This document shows, one piece after another, positions 11,601 to 21,079 of a DNA stretch of 54,852 nucleotides. Below the pieces are notes generated by a model. The model was given only the letters and a program-made list of their open reading frames with translations, had not been told where the DNA came from and made no database searches. The first letter of the stretch is position 1. Each line of letters opens with the position of its first letter. Where the stretch lies: the NCBI GenBank assembly GCA_019634305.1, contig JAHQVQ010000298.1, positions 1 to 54,852 of the forward strand. The letters are read 5' to 3'. The stretch is from Flammeovirgaceae bacterium. GTDB taxonomy: Bacteria > Bacteroidota > Bacteroidia > Cytophagales > Flammeovirgaceae. Made by a program: the position numbers and the translations under genes.

Positions 11601-12058
11601 TAAGAGAAATGGATGAATTGAAAGAGCAAGTACAAAATGCCAGGTTTGAACAAAAAGATCCACTTGTAATTTATAAGTTTGAGGCTTTCGAATTGTTTAA
11701 AGATTTTATTGGAACGATGAATACAGATACCATATCATTTCTTTCCAAAGCCGATATTCCCATTTCCAATCCATCGGAAGTTCAGAGTGCGCAGCAGGCA
11801 AGGCAAAAAAGAGCTCAAAGGCTTAGTGAGAGTAAAGCGGAATCCAGATCATTACTATCAGCTGGAGAAAATGGTCAGCGAGCAAATGCTCCACAAAGAG
11901 ATGTAGAAATCACTAAGCCAAGGCATGCTACTAAAACTTTTGGTAGGAATGACAAGGTAACAGTGAAATATTCTGATGGTACCATTAAGGAAAAAGTTAA
12001 ATTCAAAACTGTTGAAAGGGATGTAGAAGAGAATAAATGTGTGGTTGTAGAAGATTAA
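8693..12058 (+). CDS. secA: Preprotein translocase ATPase SecA (long Bacteroidota type)
   Basis: MATGEGKT Walker A, DEVDSVLIDDARTPLIISG, ATNMAGRGTDI and QLRGRSGRQGDPG motifs. Confidence 0.98.
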   Translation: MINLVTQVFTKLFGTKSDKDLKEIGPLVDVINNEFAKLAQISDDELRAETPRLQGVIDEFLKDIDAQIDGLHKKIEDNPDLDIEEKEAVFQEIDKLEEDRNKELEKVLMEVLPQAFAVVKETARRFKENGFLEVTVTDSDEAIAAVKNNVTIADGKAKWSNKWDAAGTEITWNMLHFDVQLIGGVVLHQGKIAEMATGEGKTLVATLPSYLNALARRGVHIVTVNDYLAKRDSEWMAPLMEFHGLKVDCIDKYQPHSDARKEAYQADITYGTNNEFGFDYLRDNMARSLDEQVQKRHHFTMVDEVDSVLIDDARTPLIISGPVPKGDEQEYNDLKPRIQKIVDAQKKLTSDYLKTAKKQIAEGNDEDGGLALLRAHRGLPKYRPLIKYLGEMGIKQKMQKTENFYLQENAKLMPKADEPLYFTIDEKNNVIDLTEKGLEMITHEGEDKSFFVLPDIGVGLDKIDKMEAEEKEKIKLKDELISDYTAKTQRIHTINQLLKAYTLFEKDVDYIIVDSKVKIVDEQTGRVMEGRRYSDGLHQALEAKENVKVEDATQTYATVTLQNYFRMYHKLAGMTGTAETEAGEFWEIYKLDVVVIPTNRPIQRADREDKVYKTLRDKFNAVTEEIQELVNARRPVLVGTTSVENSEILSRLLSIRKIPHQVLNAKQHAREAEVVASAGLPGTVTIATNMAGRGTDIKLHPDSKKAGGLAIVGTERHESRRVDRQLRGRSGRQGDPGSTQFFVSLEDNLMRLFGSDRIARVMDRLGLEEGEVIQHSMITKSIERAQRKVEENNFSIRKRLLEYDDVMNFQREVIYKRRRNALQGERLELDIMRFFYDSAKSVIDSTVGDYEGFELNALHSFGITPEIGEDEFNKGDVTVLTDKLYDQAYHTYVQKCEEVKQKTYPVIAGTFEERGGTVEDIVVPFTDGAKQINVVTNLKNAKETNCKSLVKSMEQSISLGIIDQGWKEHLREMDELKEQVQNARFEQKDPLVIYKFEAFELFKDFIGTMNTDTISFLSKADIPISNPSEVQSAQQARQKRAQRLSESKAESRSLLSAGENGQRANAPQRDVEITKPRHATKTFGRNDKVTVKYSDGTIKEKVKFKTVERDVEENKCVVVED

Positions 12059-12076
12059 AACTGTCTGTTTTTAAGC

Positions 12077-12120
12077 CAACAAAAAAGCCATAAGAATAAC
12101 ATCTTATGGCTTTTTTGTTG
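12077..12120. terminator. Bidirectional intrinsic terminator
   Basis: Perfect 19-bp inverted repeat CAACAAAAAAGCCATAAGA / TCTTATGGCTTTTTTGTTG between convergent genes. Confidence 0.9.
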
Positions 12121-12141
12121 AATCTATTTTGATAAGGAATA

Positions 12142-12519
12142 TCAATTTTCCTTCCTTATAATTAGATTTTTTAATTCTACAGATGGTTCATTTTCTAAAG
12201 TACAAACTCTAAAAGAATGGAGGGAAGGTTCTGTATCTGCCTCTAAGTAGATTTCTTCTTTAGGTTGATTTTCTTCCTTATCCTCCGAACAAATAAATGT
12301 AGGCTCAAAAGCCACAAATACTTTGTATGGATTTGTGTTTTTTACCTTAATAACTACATTAAGGTTTCCACTAATTTTAGAGGAAGTTTTCATCCATACA
12401 AATTCTACCCCATCCTGAATACTTAGCTCCTGCCAATCTTCTTCATTTTCCTGAGCATGGGAAAGTGAGGTAAGCAGAAAAAGGCTAAAGAGTAATATAT
12501 ATTTAGTTATTATTTTCAT
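12142..12519 (-). CDS. Small secreted hypothetical protein
   Basis: Start at 12519 gives a signal peptide MKIITKYILLFSLFLLTSLSHA|QE and a beta-rich mature domain with two Cys. Confidence 0.7.
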   Translation of the reverse strand: MKIITKYILLFSLFLLTSLSHAQENEEDWQELSIQDGVEFVWMKTSSKISGNLNVVIKVKNTNPYKVFVAFEPTFICSEDKEENQPKEEIYLEADTEPSLHSFRVCTLENEPSVELKNLIIRKEN

Positions 12520-12612
12520 GACTTTTAGGTTTAATTGAAAGAACATAAACAAGTTTTTTCTGAAAACTAAACCTATATTTTACGTAATACCACCTTTGAA
12601 TGTTTTATTTTC

Positions 12613-13659
12613 CTAGTCTTCCATGGCATTAACCATGAAGGTACTTTTACTTCCCATGAATAATAGGAATAGTATTATAGAGAGGATCAAATAGATGAAA
12701 TAGTAATCTTTGGTGTCCTGAAAACGAGTTTCTTTTATCTCGGCTTTTTCGTATTCATCAATAATTTTAAAAATTTCATCAAGAGCTTTATTATTAGTAG
12801 CTCTAAAGTATCTGCCTTCGCCAATTTCAGCAATTTGTTTTAGAACAGTTTCATCAAGGCTTTGCTCAATGTATTGTCTTCTGCCAAACATATCTGTACC
12901 GAATGGAACCTTACCTTCCTTTCCCACACCTATGGTATACATTTTTATTCTTTGATCTTTAGCTAGATTGGCAGCCGTGATTGGATCGATACTCCCGGCA
13001 GTATTTTCCCCATCACTCAGCAAGATCATTACTTTTGATTTTGAAGTAGACGATTTCATTCGGTTGATGGTAACACCAATGGCAAGACCGATAGCAGTTC
13101 CCCCTTTTTCAATCATCTTAAAGTCAATGTCATCAATTAAAGAGTTGAGTAAATCGTAATCTGTAGTAAGCGGAGAGTAAGAAATTGCCTCTCCAGAAAA
13201 TATAACCAGTCCAATTCTATCCTGGAATCTTCCGGATATAAAACTATTGGCTACTTTTTTAGCTGCATCAAGCCTATTTGGGATAAAGTCTTCGATTTGC
13301 ATAGACTCAGAAATATCTAGAACGAGCATGATATCAATTCCTTCGGAGTATTGTTCTACTTTTTCATTGGTTCGCTGAGGCCTTGCTAAGGAAACCAGTA
13401 AAAACAAGGCTGATCCGGCAAGTAGGAGAGGAGGAATGAACCTTAGAATCGCTGAAGTACTTTTCCTGGCTTTGTTTTTTGGCAAAGCAATATCCAGTTT
13501 TTGTCGAATTTGATTAATTACAAACCATCTTAAAATGAAAATAAGGGGGATAATGGCAATTAGATAAAGGAATACCTTATTTGCCCAGTCAAATGCCATA
13601 ACTGTTTCAGGCATAAACCACTGTATGCTCCATATATCTCCAATTCCAAAACTATCCAT
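12613..13659 (-). CDS. batA: BatA-type membrane VWA-domain protein
   Basis: N-terminal TM pair, LARPQ, MIDAS DISESM, GGTAIG, LLSDGEN and a C-terminal TM helix. Confidence 0.85.
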   Translation of the reverse strand: MDSFGIGDIWSIQWFMPETVMAFDWANKVFLYLIAIIPLIFILRWFVINQIRQKLDIALPKNKARKSTSAILRFIPPLLLAGSALFLLVSLARPQRTNEKVEQYSEGIDIMLVLDISESMQIEDFIPNRLDAAKKVANSFISGRFQDRIGLVIFSGEAISYSPLTTDYDLLNSLIDDIDFKMIEKGGTAIGLAIGVTINRMKSSTSKSKVMILLSDGENTAGSIDPITAANLAKDQRIKMYTIGVGKEGKVPFGTDMFGRRQYIEQSLDETVLKQIAEIGEGRYFRATNNKALDEIFKIIDEYEKAEIKETRFQDTKDYYFIYLILSIILFLLFMGSKSTFMVNAMED

Positions 13660-14539
13660 TTTTTATTTCCTCTACTTTCTTATTATAAATCTTAATGGCA
13701 TAATCTTTTAAAATAGCCAGGTTTTGTTGCGTCTCGTTTTCTGTTTTTCCTGCATAAATGGCCCTGTCAATATTTTTGAGCGCCATAAATAAATCATCAT
13801 TTTCTAAATTGGAAAAAATCTCTTTTGAAGTGAAACTAGCTAACGGCAATTTTACCAGTTTTCCAGAATAGTTTTTCCAGGAAACCAGTGCCTTTTCTAT
13901 CTGAGATTTTTCTTGAGCATTTTTCAGATAATCTTCAAATTTAGAGATAAATCTGTTATGCTGATTTCGTAATTTTCCCAATAAAAATGACTTTTTGAAC
14001 TGTTTGCCAAATGCTAAAAATATAATAATAATGATACCAACCCCCACTATAACTCCCAGCCAAAACTGGAAATGATCAAATTCTTTATCAACAATTGCCA
14101 TGGTTGTATTTGGTTTCACAACTTGATCAATTGAATCTGGAATAAATGAAATTACTTCTACTAATACTACGCTATCTAATCCTGGTCGAAAAGCAATATT
14201 TTCACCTTGCTTTATCCCTTCAATCGGAATGGAAAGGTATTGAACCCTATCTAGTTCGAAGGTGGAAAGCTCATAAATAACACTGTCATAGCTGCCATTT
14301 TCATCGGTGGAAGTAGGGAAAAACGTTTTACTTACATATTCGAATGGAGAAAAATTGTAGTTGGAATCAGGGAAAATTATTTCCAGGGCTGGATCATGTC
14401 TAAAACCAATTACATATTTTACTGGCTCACCAATTTTTACACTATCCTTCAGGAACCTCGCTTCTGGTTGTCCGTCCTGGGCAATGGCCTGAATAATTAA
14501 AAGATTAAAGTAAAGAAAATATAAAAATTTTATGACCAT
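13652..14539 (-). CDS. Bat-cluster hypothetical exported single-pass membrane protein
   Basis: Signal peptide, DSVKIGEP beta domain, one TM helix and a helical cytoplasmic tail. Overlaps batA by 8 bp. Confidence 0.75.
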   Translation of the reverse strand: MVIKFLYFLYFNLLIIQAIAQDGQPEARFLKDSVKIGEPVKYVIGFRHDPALEIIFPDSNYNFSPFEYVSKTFFPTSTDENGSYDSVIYELSTFELDRVQYLSIPIEGIKQGENIAFRPGLDSVVLVEVISFIPDSIDQVVKPNTTMAIVDKEFDHFQFWLGVIVGVGIIIIIFLAFGKQFKKSFLLGKLRNQHNRFISKFEDYLKNAQEKSQIEKALVSWKNYSGKLVKLPLASFTSKEIFSNLENDDLFMALKNIDRAIYAGKTENETQQNLAILKDYAIKIYNKKVEEIKNG

Positions 14540-14735
14540 CTATGTATTAAATTGGACAAATGTAAGTCGTAGGACTATTATAATTGAGAATTTTTTTGTT
14601 TTCAATCAGGTAGCTGTTGTAAATAGAAAATCTGTGAATTTCAGACAACAATAAAAATTAGATATTAATAAGAGTGATAATTTTAGAAAATTTATTGCAC
14701 TTGTAAAAGAGAATAAATCTAGTGAATCACCAAAA

Positions 14736-15617
14736 TTACTTTCTGTATTTATTTCTGATTTTAAAAAGCTTAATTAGCTTGGGTACATAATCTTCTTTGG
14801 TGTTGATGTAAAGATAATTAGCGTTGTTTCGTTTGCAAATATTTTGAAGAAGTTCCCTCCCTCCTTCATAATATTGATCAATATTTTTCCTAAAATGTTT
14901 TGAAGAGGTATTTACCCAAACGGTTTGCTTAGATTCTTTTTCATAAAGTGGAATAATTCCAAGGTTTGGGAGCTGAGTTTCCCGATCATCGGCAATATGA
15001 ATCACTATTAAGTCGTGCTTACTGGCAATAGCCTTTAAATTTCTTTCATATCCTTCATCCAAAAAGTCAGAAATGATCACCATCATACTTTTCCGCTTGG
15101 TAAAAGACAAAGCAAGAGACATTGCCTTATTTATATCCGTTTTTTGAGAAGTGGGTTTTAAGTTAAAGAGTGTATTAATCATTTCATAGCCATGCTTTAT
15201 CCCCTTTTCTGGCTTTATATACTTTTCTTTTTTATCACTAAAACAGAGTAGGCCTGTAGAGCTATCTTCTTTTACGGCAGCTAAAGTCAGCACACCACAA
15301 ATTTCTTTACTAATATCAATTTTCTGCTGATTTTCCTTCCCAATTTCCTGTGAGGCACTTACATCAAGAATGAAGAAAATATTTTGTTCTTTTTCTTCCT
15401 TAAAGGTTTTGATAAAAGTGCCATGGCCTTTTGCTGAAGCATTCCAATCGATATGCCTCACATCATCCCCATATTGATAAGTCCTTACATCATCAAATAC
15501 TAATCCTGAACCTTTAAAAACAGAATGAAAATCCCCTTGCATTTGAGAGTTAATAGCTTTCCTTATTCTAATTTCGTAAGGTTGGAGTTTTTTGATAATG
15601 CTTTTTAAATTACTCAT
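14736..15617 (-). CDS. DUF58 domain protein (MoxR-associated VWA-like)
   Basis: FKGSGLVFDDVRTYQYGDDVRHIDWN, DVSAS and IISDFL motifs. Confidence 0.9.
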   Translation of the reverse strand: MSNLKSIIKKLQPYEIRIRKAINSQMQGDFHSVFKGSGLVFDDVRTYQYGDDVRHIDWNASAKGHGTFIKTFKEEKEQNIFFILDVSASQEIGKENQQKIDISKEICGVLTLAAVKEDSSTGLLCFSDKKEKYIKPEKGIKHGYEMINTLFNLKPTSQKTDINKAMSLALSFTKRKSMMVIISDFLDEGYERNLKAIASKHDLIVIHIADDRETQLPNLGIIPLYEKESKQTVWVNTSSKHFRKNIDQYYEGGRELLQNICKRNNANYLYINTKEDYVPKLIKLFKIRNKYRK

Positions 15618-15975
15618 ATTTTATGGGAAAATACTCAACAGGATAATTATAAAAAAAAATTTATTTGATGAGGGCAACCTAACCAAAAATAAAGGGCAAA
15701 GTACTGATAAGAAACCAAATAATCCTATTTAACAGTTTTTAACTTCGCAATTATGGTATATTTTTTTAAAATAATCCAAACTCTTAAGATTTGGTTTAGC
15801 ACCTTTGCAGGATTAAGTTATAGTATTTTTCTTATACCAGATAGAAATTGGTATTGGGAGTAAAATTTTTTGTAAGTAGGAGCTTTTTTATTTCTTATAA
15901 TCAAATTCAACACAATAGACCCCCAATAAAAACCAATACTTATAAGGTATAAATCATTTAATAATTCTTACAATC

Positions 15976-16347
15976 ATGTTGAGTAGATTGTTTTTTCTGG
16001 TAAGTCTTATCTTTTTAATTATATCCTGTCGATCTCCAAAAAAAAGAGATGTTCCTGATGGAATACTTTCGGAAAAAGAAATGGTAAATGTGTTGATAAA
16101 CATCCATTTGGCGGAAGCCAAAACCAATGATGTAAAAGGTAAATCTAAACCAAATCAGGTGGCAATTTACCGGATTTATCAAGATGAGGTATATGATAAA
16201 TTTGGCATAGACAGTCTTATTTTTAAGCAAAGCCATGATTTTTACATGGGAAATATCATTGAAATGAGGGATATTTATAAGCAGGTGGTAGACAGCTTGG
16301 GGAAAATGCAAAAAGTGATGGAAGAAGAAAAAGATAAGAAAAGGTAG
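15976..16347 (+). CDS. DUF4296-like lipoprotein
   Basis: Lipobox LIISC, ILSEKEMVNVLINIHLAEA and IY..VVDSL patterns typical of this Bacteroidota family. Confidence 0.75.
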   Translation: MLSRLFFLVSLIFLIISCRSPKKRDVPDGILSEKEMVNVLINIHLAEAKTNDVKGKSKPNQVAIYRIYQDEVYDKFGIDSLIFKQSHDFYMGNIIEMRDIYKQVVDSLGKMQKVMEEEKDKKR

Positions 16348-16406
16348 AAGACTAGCCTTTAAAGCTGCCTGAACAAATAGTTTATATCATCTTAATTATA
16401 AGAGAA

Positions 16407-17777
16407 TTGTTACCTAAAGATTTTACGGATAGAATACAAAATCAACTTTCGGATGCCCCTGTTTTTTTAGAAAGCCTTCAGGGAGATTCTCCTGTTTCTT
16501 TAAGGCTTAATCCCTATAAATTAATTAATCAATTTGACGAATGCCATAAAGTTCCATGGTGTGAAAATGGGTTTTATTTAGAAGAAAGACCTGATTTTTA
16601 TAAAGACCCACTAATTTTTAATGGGAGTTATTATGTGCAGGAAGCTTCTTCTATGTTTCTGGATACTGTATTAAGAGAGGCTGCCAGACTAGATGAGGCT
16701 CCGAAAGTATTGGATCTTTGTGCTGCTCCGGGTGGAAAAAGTACTTTGATTAGTTCTTTTATTGGCCAAAATGGTATGCTAGTTTCTAATGAAATCGTAG
16801 GCAAAAGAGTAAATCCGCTTACAGAAAATATTCAGAGATGGGGAAATTCTAATTGTCTTGTCAGTAATAATAGTCCCAAAGATTTTGAAGCATTAAAATC
16901 CTTTTTTGATGTGGCTGTGGTAGATGCACCTTGCTCTGGGGAAGGTATGTTTAGAAAGGATAAAAAGGCTGTGAAAATGTGGTCGGATCAATTGGTAAGA
17001 TCTTGTGCTATCAGGCAAAAACAAATTCTGGAAAGTATTGAAGTCACCATTAAGCCTGGAGGTCATCTGATTTATAGTACTTGTACTTTCGCTACCGATG
17101 AAAATGAAGAAAATTTAAAATGGCTGGCCGAATCTGGAAATTTCAAATCGATAAGAATAAACCTAAATCCGGAATGGGGAATTGAGGAAGTGGCTGAAGA
17201 TGTAGAAGGAGAAATTTTTTATGGTTATCGATTTTATCCTCATAAAGTGAAAGGTGAAGGCTTTTTTATTACTTGTCTTCAAAAGGAGGGAGAGGTAATT
17301 TCAAACCAAAAAATTAAAATTCCCAAAAAATCCAGAAAAATAGAATTCCTTCCAAAAAAATATTTGAAATATTTCGAGAAATGGATAAAGAATATGGGTG
17401 ATTTTGAATTCATTTTGAATGGTGATCAGGTTTCAATATTCCCTAAATCCAATATTCATGATTTCAGGCTATTATCTCATTTTCTTTCCTTAAAGCTAAT
17501 TGGAATTGATATCGGGAAATTTAAAAATGACAAATTTCAACCTTCTCACCACCTGGCTATAAGTAGTGTTTTACATGAAAATATTACGTCTATTAATCTG
17601 AATTATGATCAGGCAATTGATTATTTAAAAAGAAAGGATTTTGAATTGGAATTACAAAATTTAAAAGGGTGGGTTTTGTTGAAATATCAGGATCAGGCGT
17701 TGGGATGGATTAAGGCTTTACCCAATAGATTTAATAATTATTACCCCATGGAATGGCGATTGAGAAAAAACTTTTAA
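16407..17777 (+). CDS. rsmF: RsmB/NOP family rRNA m5C methyltransferase (RsmF-like)
   Basis: YYVQEASSM, VLDLCAAPGGKS, VDAPCSGEGMFRK and YSTCTF motifs, plus a C-terminal PUA-like domain. TTG start. Confidence 0.85.
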   Translation: MLPKDFTDRIQNQLSDAPVFLESLQGDSPVSLRLNPYKLINQFDECHKVPWCENGFYLEERPDFYKDPLIFNGSYYVQEASSMFLDTVLREAARLDEAPKVLDLCAAPGGKSTLISSFIGQNGMLVSNEIVGKRVNPLTENIQRWGNSNCLVSNNSPKDFEALKSFFDVAVVDAPCSGEGMFRKDKKAVKMWSDQLVRSCAIRQKQILESIEVTIKPGGHLIYSTCTFATDENEENLKWLAESGNFKSIRINLNPEWGIEEVAEDVEGEIFYGYRFYPHKVKGEGFFITCLQKEGEVISNQKIKIPKKSRKIEFLPKKYLKYFEKWIKNMGDFEFILNGDQVSIFPKSNIHDFRLLSHFLSLKLIGIDIGKFKNDKFQPSHHLAISSVLHENITSINLNYDQAIDYLKRKDFELELQNLKGWVLLKYQDQALGWIKALPNRFNNYYPMEWRLRKNF

Positions 17778-17799
17778 TAATTTGAACTCAATACTGATT

Positions 17800-18462
17800 T
17801 TAATTAACCGAATAAGTTGCCAGAAAACCAGCAAGCCTCTCGAATTTTCCGAATATTGGCTTGGGTGCTCCGGAAACTGTTAGCTGACTTTTATAAATTT
17901 TCACCAATTCAAGAAATTTAGGATTATTTCGGAGTTTAGCTACAATGATACCTTTAAAACACCGATGACTTTGGTTGTATAGGTACTTACAGGATTTTTT
18001 TGGGTATTTATTGAGAAGTAAATCCAGCGTTTTCAAGTTACTGGTTTTGTTGAGAAAGCTAAAACCTTCATTATGTAAAAAAAACTGAATTTCCTCTACG
18101 GTAAAATTCAAGTCTTCCAAATCCATTATTTTATAGCGGAAGTATTTATTTCGGGTGAATTTGCCAATGGAAATAATAAGCGTATTGGAATCCTGATGGT
18201 ACTCCTTATGATTATCCAGAAACTGTTGGGCAATATCTTCCACTAGTGAAAACCTGATACCGATATTCATATCTATGAAAAACTCCTCCTCATATTGACT
18301 GATGGAAAAAATTACATTTTGGAACCCGTCTGCATAGGTTTTCCTAAATTGTTTTTTGCCTGCCATCATTTCGAAACCATGCTGCAAAAAAAAATCATAA
18401 AGCTTTTGATACAATAATGATTCTAGTTCTGGAGAATTCATAATTGGTAAACGCTTTGACAT
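17800..18462 (-). CDS. Hypothetical protein
   Basis: 220-aa ORF with a plausible alpha/beta pattern. No motif recognised. Confidence 0.65.
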   Translation of the reverse strand: MSKRLPIMNSPELESLLYQKLYDFFLQHGFEMMAGKKQFRKTYADGFQNVIFSISQYEEEFFIDMNIGIRFSLVEDIAQQFLDNHKEYHQDSNTLIISIGKFTRNKYFRYKIMDLEDLNFTVEEIQFFLHNEGFSFLNKTSNLKTLDLLLNKYPKKSCKYLYNQSHRCFKGIIVAKLRNNPKFLELVKIYKSQLTVSGAPKPIFGKFERLAGFLATYSVN

Positions 18463-18624
18463 AGGGGTAAAGTTTAATTTTTTTTAAGATGAAAGTATTG
18501 GTAAGAAGGATTGGAATACATTCCATATTTGAATTATGGTAATGCCACTTCTATAAAGGTGAATGTTTTTTTGCTTAAAATTAAATGGGGTTCCCTGTTT
18601 TCAGGAACATGTTTGGTAAAAAAC

Positions 18625-19056
18625 TTAGCGGGGAAGGTTTTTAAGGATTTTCTCAAGGATAATTGAAAAATTTGTTAATTCATTCTCATTGAGGGTATTT
18701 CGAATGTGTAGCGCAAAGGCACGATAAATTTTATTTTCAGCTTCAATAATGGTTTTCCCTTTATCAGTTACATGTAAATTATAACTCCTCTGATCATCTT
18801 CAGACTGTACTTTTATGATATACCCCTTGTCCACCAATTTATTTACAATGGCTGAGACAGAAGGTTTGGTAATTTGTAATACTTCTGCTAATTCGGTGAA
18901 AGTTGGTTTTCCCAATCGGTCTATCAGATCAAGGTAATAATATTGGTTAATGGTAAGTTTTGAAAATTCATCTTCACTCAATACCGACTCCTTATTCTCC
19001 TTAGTGGATTTTGAAATAAAATCAATAACTTCAAAAAGTAACTTCTCAATTTCCAT
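18625..19056 (-). CDS. MarR family transcriptional regulator
   Basis: Winged HTH TFTELAEVLQITKPSVSAIVNKLVDKGYI and wing motif DDQRS..LHVTDKG. Confidence 0.9.
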   Translation of the reverse strand: MEIEKLLFEVIDFISKSTKENKESVLSEDEFSKLTINQYYYLDLIDRLGKPTFTELAEVLQITKPSVSAIVNKLVDKGYIIKVQSEDDQRSYNLHVTDKGKTIIEAENKIYRAFALHIRNTLNENELTNFSIILEKILKNLPR

Positions 19057-19786
19057 TGTTAGTTCTTGTGTTTTCTACTACCCTTCTCCTATTTTTCGGA
19101 CTGCTGATTAGTGAAATAAGCAAAATTTGTTTAAAAAATATTTTAAAAGCCTTTACTAAAAATATATAAGTAAATTTCTGCTTTTACCAATCATAAAAAT
19201 TGGAATTTCCCTTCAAGAAGTAATGATATTGAATAGGATTCTAAATTTAGTTAAAAAAAATTATTACTCAATGTTGGTGGAGGAAATTTCCCTTTTCATT
19301 TGTTTAAAAAAAAATCGGTGAAATGGATTTCCAGTCAAGTTAAAAATTCTCCTCTTATGCACAATGATTAATCTAATTTAAAATAGAAATTTAAAAGATA
19401 ATTTTGAAATTTTTAGGCATTATCCAATAATAGAATTTTAAAATCACTTGGCTATGATATAAGTGATTGATAAACAAGGCTTAGTTTCTCGTTTTATGTT
19501 ATTGCTGTCCTGTAATTATCCAATTTATGTTAATTAAATACTAACCAAACATTGGATTATTTCCATAAATTATCAAGGTTGGTTATGATTTAAAAAATTA
19601 GTTCCCAACCCACCTATTGTTATATAAAATTGCTTGAAGTAAATTTGCCATCTTATTAAGTAGTTGAATAGAATTAAATATATTAAACTTTTACCACAAC
19701 TATCTGATAATGAGGTAAAAAAGCTCGGTATTAAATAGTACTGGTACTTAAACTGAATTAATTTTATCATTTTTAAATCATCATTA

Positions 19787-21061
19787 ATGGAAAGGGATAG
19801 CCAGATTTTTGAAATTATTACCCAAGAAGAAAAGAGACAAAAGTCGGGGATAGAATTGATTGCATCGGAGAACTTTGTGTCTAATCAGGTTATGGAAGCT
19901 ATGGGAAGTGTATTGACTAACAAATATGCTGAGGGACTCCCAGGAAAGCGATACTATGGCGGTTGTGAAGTAGTAGATGTGGCGGAAAATCTAGCAATTG
20001 AGCGGTTGAAAGAACTATTTGGTGCATGTTGGGCAAATGTACAACCCCACTCAGGTGCTCAGGCTAATGCTGCAGTAATGCTGGCAGTATTAAATACTGG
20101 TGATAAAATTCTTGGGTTTGATCTTTCTCATGGTGGCCATTTGACTCATGGATCTTCAGTGAATTTTTCTGGAAAACTTTATACTCCTTTATTTTATGGT
20201 GTAGAGAAAGAAACAGGAACAATTGATTGGGATAAAGTAGTTGCAAAAGCAAGGGCTGAAAAACCAAAGTTAATTATTTGTGGAGCATCTGCATATTCTA
20301 GAGAGTGGAATTATAAAGCTTTAAGGGAAGTTGCTGATGAAATTGGCGCATTAGTTTTAGCAGATATATCCCATCCATCTGGCTTAATTGCCAAAGGACT
20401 TTTGGATGATCCAATGAAACATTGCCATATTGTGACCACTACTACTCACAAAACCTTAAGAGGTCCAAGAGGTGGAGTAATCATGATGGGAGAAGATTTT
20501 GAAAATCCATTTGGAATAAAAACACCTAAAGGAGTGACCAGAAAGATGTCATCACTTTTGGATTCTGGTGTTTTTCCAGGAACTCAGGGCGGTCCATTGG
20601 AGCATATAATTGCTGCAAAAGCGGTTGCATTTAAAGAAGCGCTTTCCGATGAGTATTTAACTTATATCAAACAAGTACAAAAAAATGCCCAGGCTATGGC
20701 AAATGCATTTTTATCGAAAGGATATGATTTAATTTCAGGAGGAACGGATAACCATTTGATGCTAATTGACTTAAGGTCAAAAGGGTTAACAGGTAAAATT
20801 GCTGAGAATACACTTATAAAAGCAGATATTACCATCAACAAAAATATGGTTCCTTTCGATGATAAATCGCCATTTGTTACTTCGGGAATGAGAGTTGGAA
20901 CTGCAGCAATTTCTACCAGAGGTCTTATAGAAGGTGATATGTCCAAAATTGTTGATTTAATTGATACTGTATTAATGAATACAGAAAACGATCAAAAAAT
21001 AAAGGAAGTAAAAGAAGAAGTAAACAACTGGATGTCAGAATATCCTTTATTTAAAGGTTAA
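19787..21061 (+). CDS. glyA: Serine hydroxymethyltransferase
   Basis: [29 protein letters not shown] and [14 protein letters not shown] (PLP Lys) motifs. Confidence 0.98.
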   Translation: MERDSQIFEIITQEEKRQKSGIELIASENFVSNQVMEAMGSVLTNKYAEGLPGKRYYGGCEVVDVAENLAIERLKELFGACWANVQPHSGAQANAAVMLAVLNTGDKILGFDLSHGGHLTHGSSVNFSGKLYTPLFYGVEKETGTIDWDKVVAKARAEKPKLIICGASAYSREWNYKALREVADEIGALVLADISHPSGLIAKGLLDDPMKHCHIVTTTTHKTLRGPRGGVIMMGEDFENPFGIKTPKGVTRKMSSLLDSGVFPGTQGGPLEHIIAAKAVAFKEALSDEYLTYIKQVQKNAQAMANAFLSKGYDLISGGTDNHLMLIDLRSKGLTGKIAENTLIKADITINKNMVPFDDKSPFVTSGMRVGTAAISTRGLIEGDMSKIVDLIDTVLMNTENDQKIKEVKEEVNNWMSEYPLFKG

Positions 21062-21079
21062 TAAAAAAAATTACCAAGA

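Noticed and set aside
16347-16360. Exact 14-mer GAAGACTAGCCTTT repeated at 37720-37733, both largely intergenic
   Set aside because: Several 14-mer matches are expected by chance in 55 kb, and there is no extension or third copy.
19573-19770. 65-aa minus-strand ORF upstream of glyA
   Set aside because: AT-rich composition with no motif, overlapping the likely glyA promoter region; probably spurious.
19057-19786. Possible ZTP, glycine or THF riboswitch upstream of glyA
   Set aside because: I could not find the conserved cores of these riboswitches by eye. An Rfam scan would be decisive.
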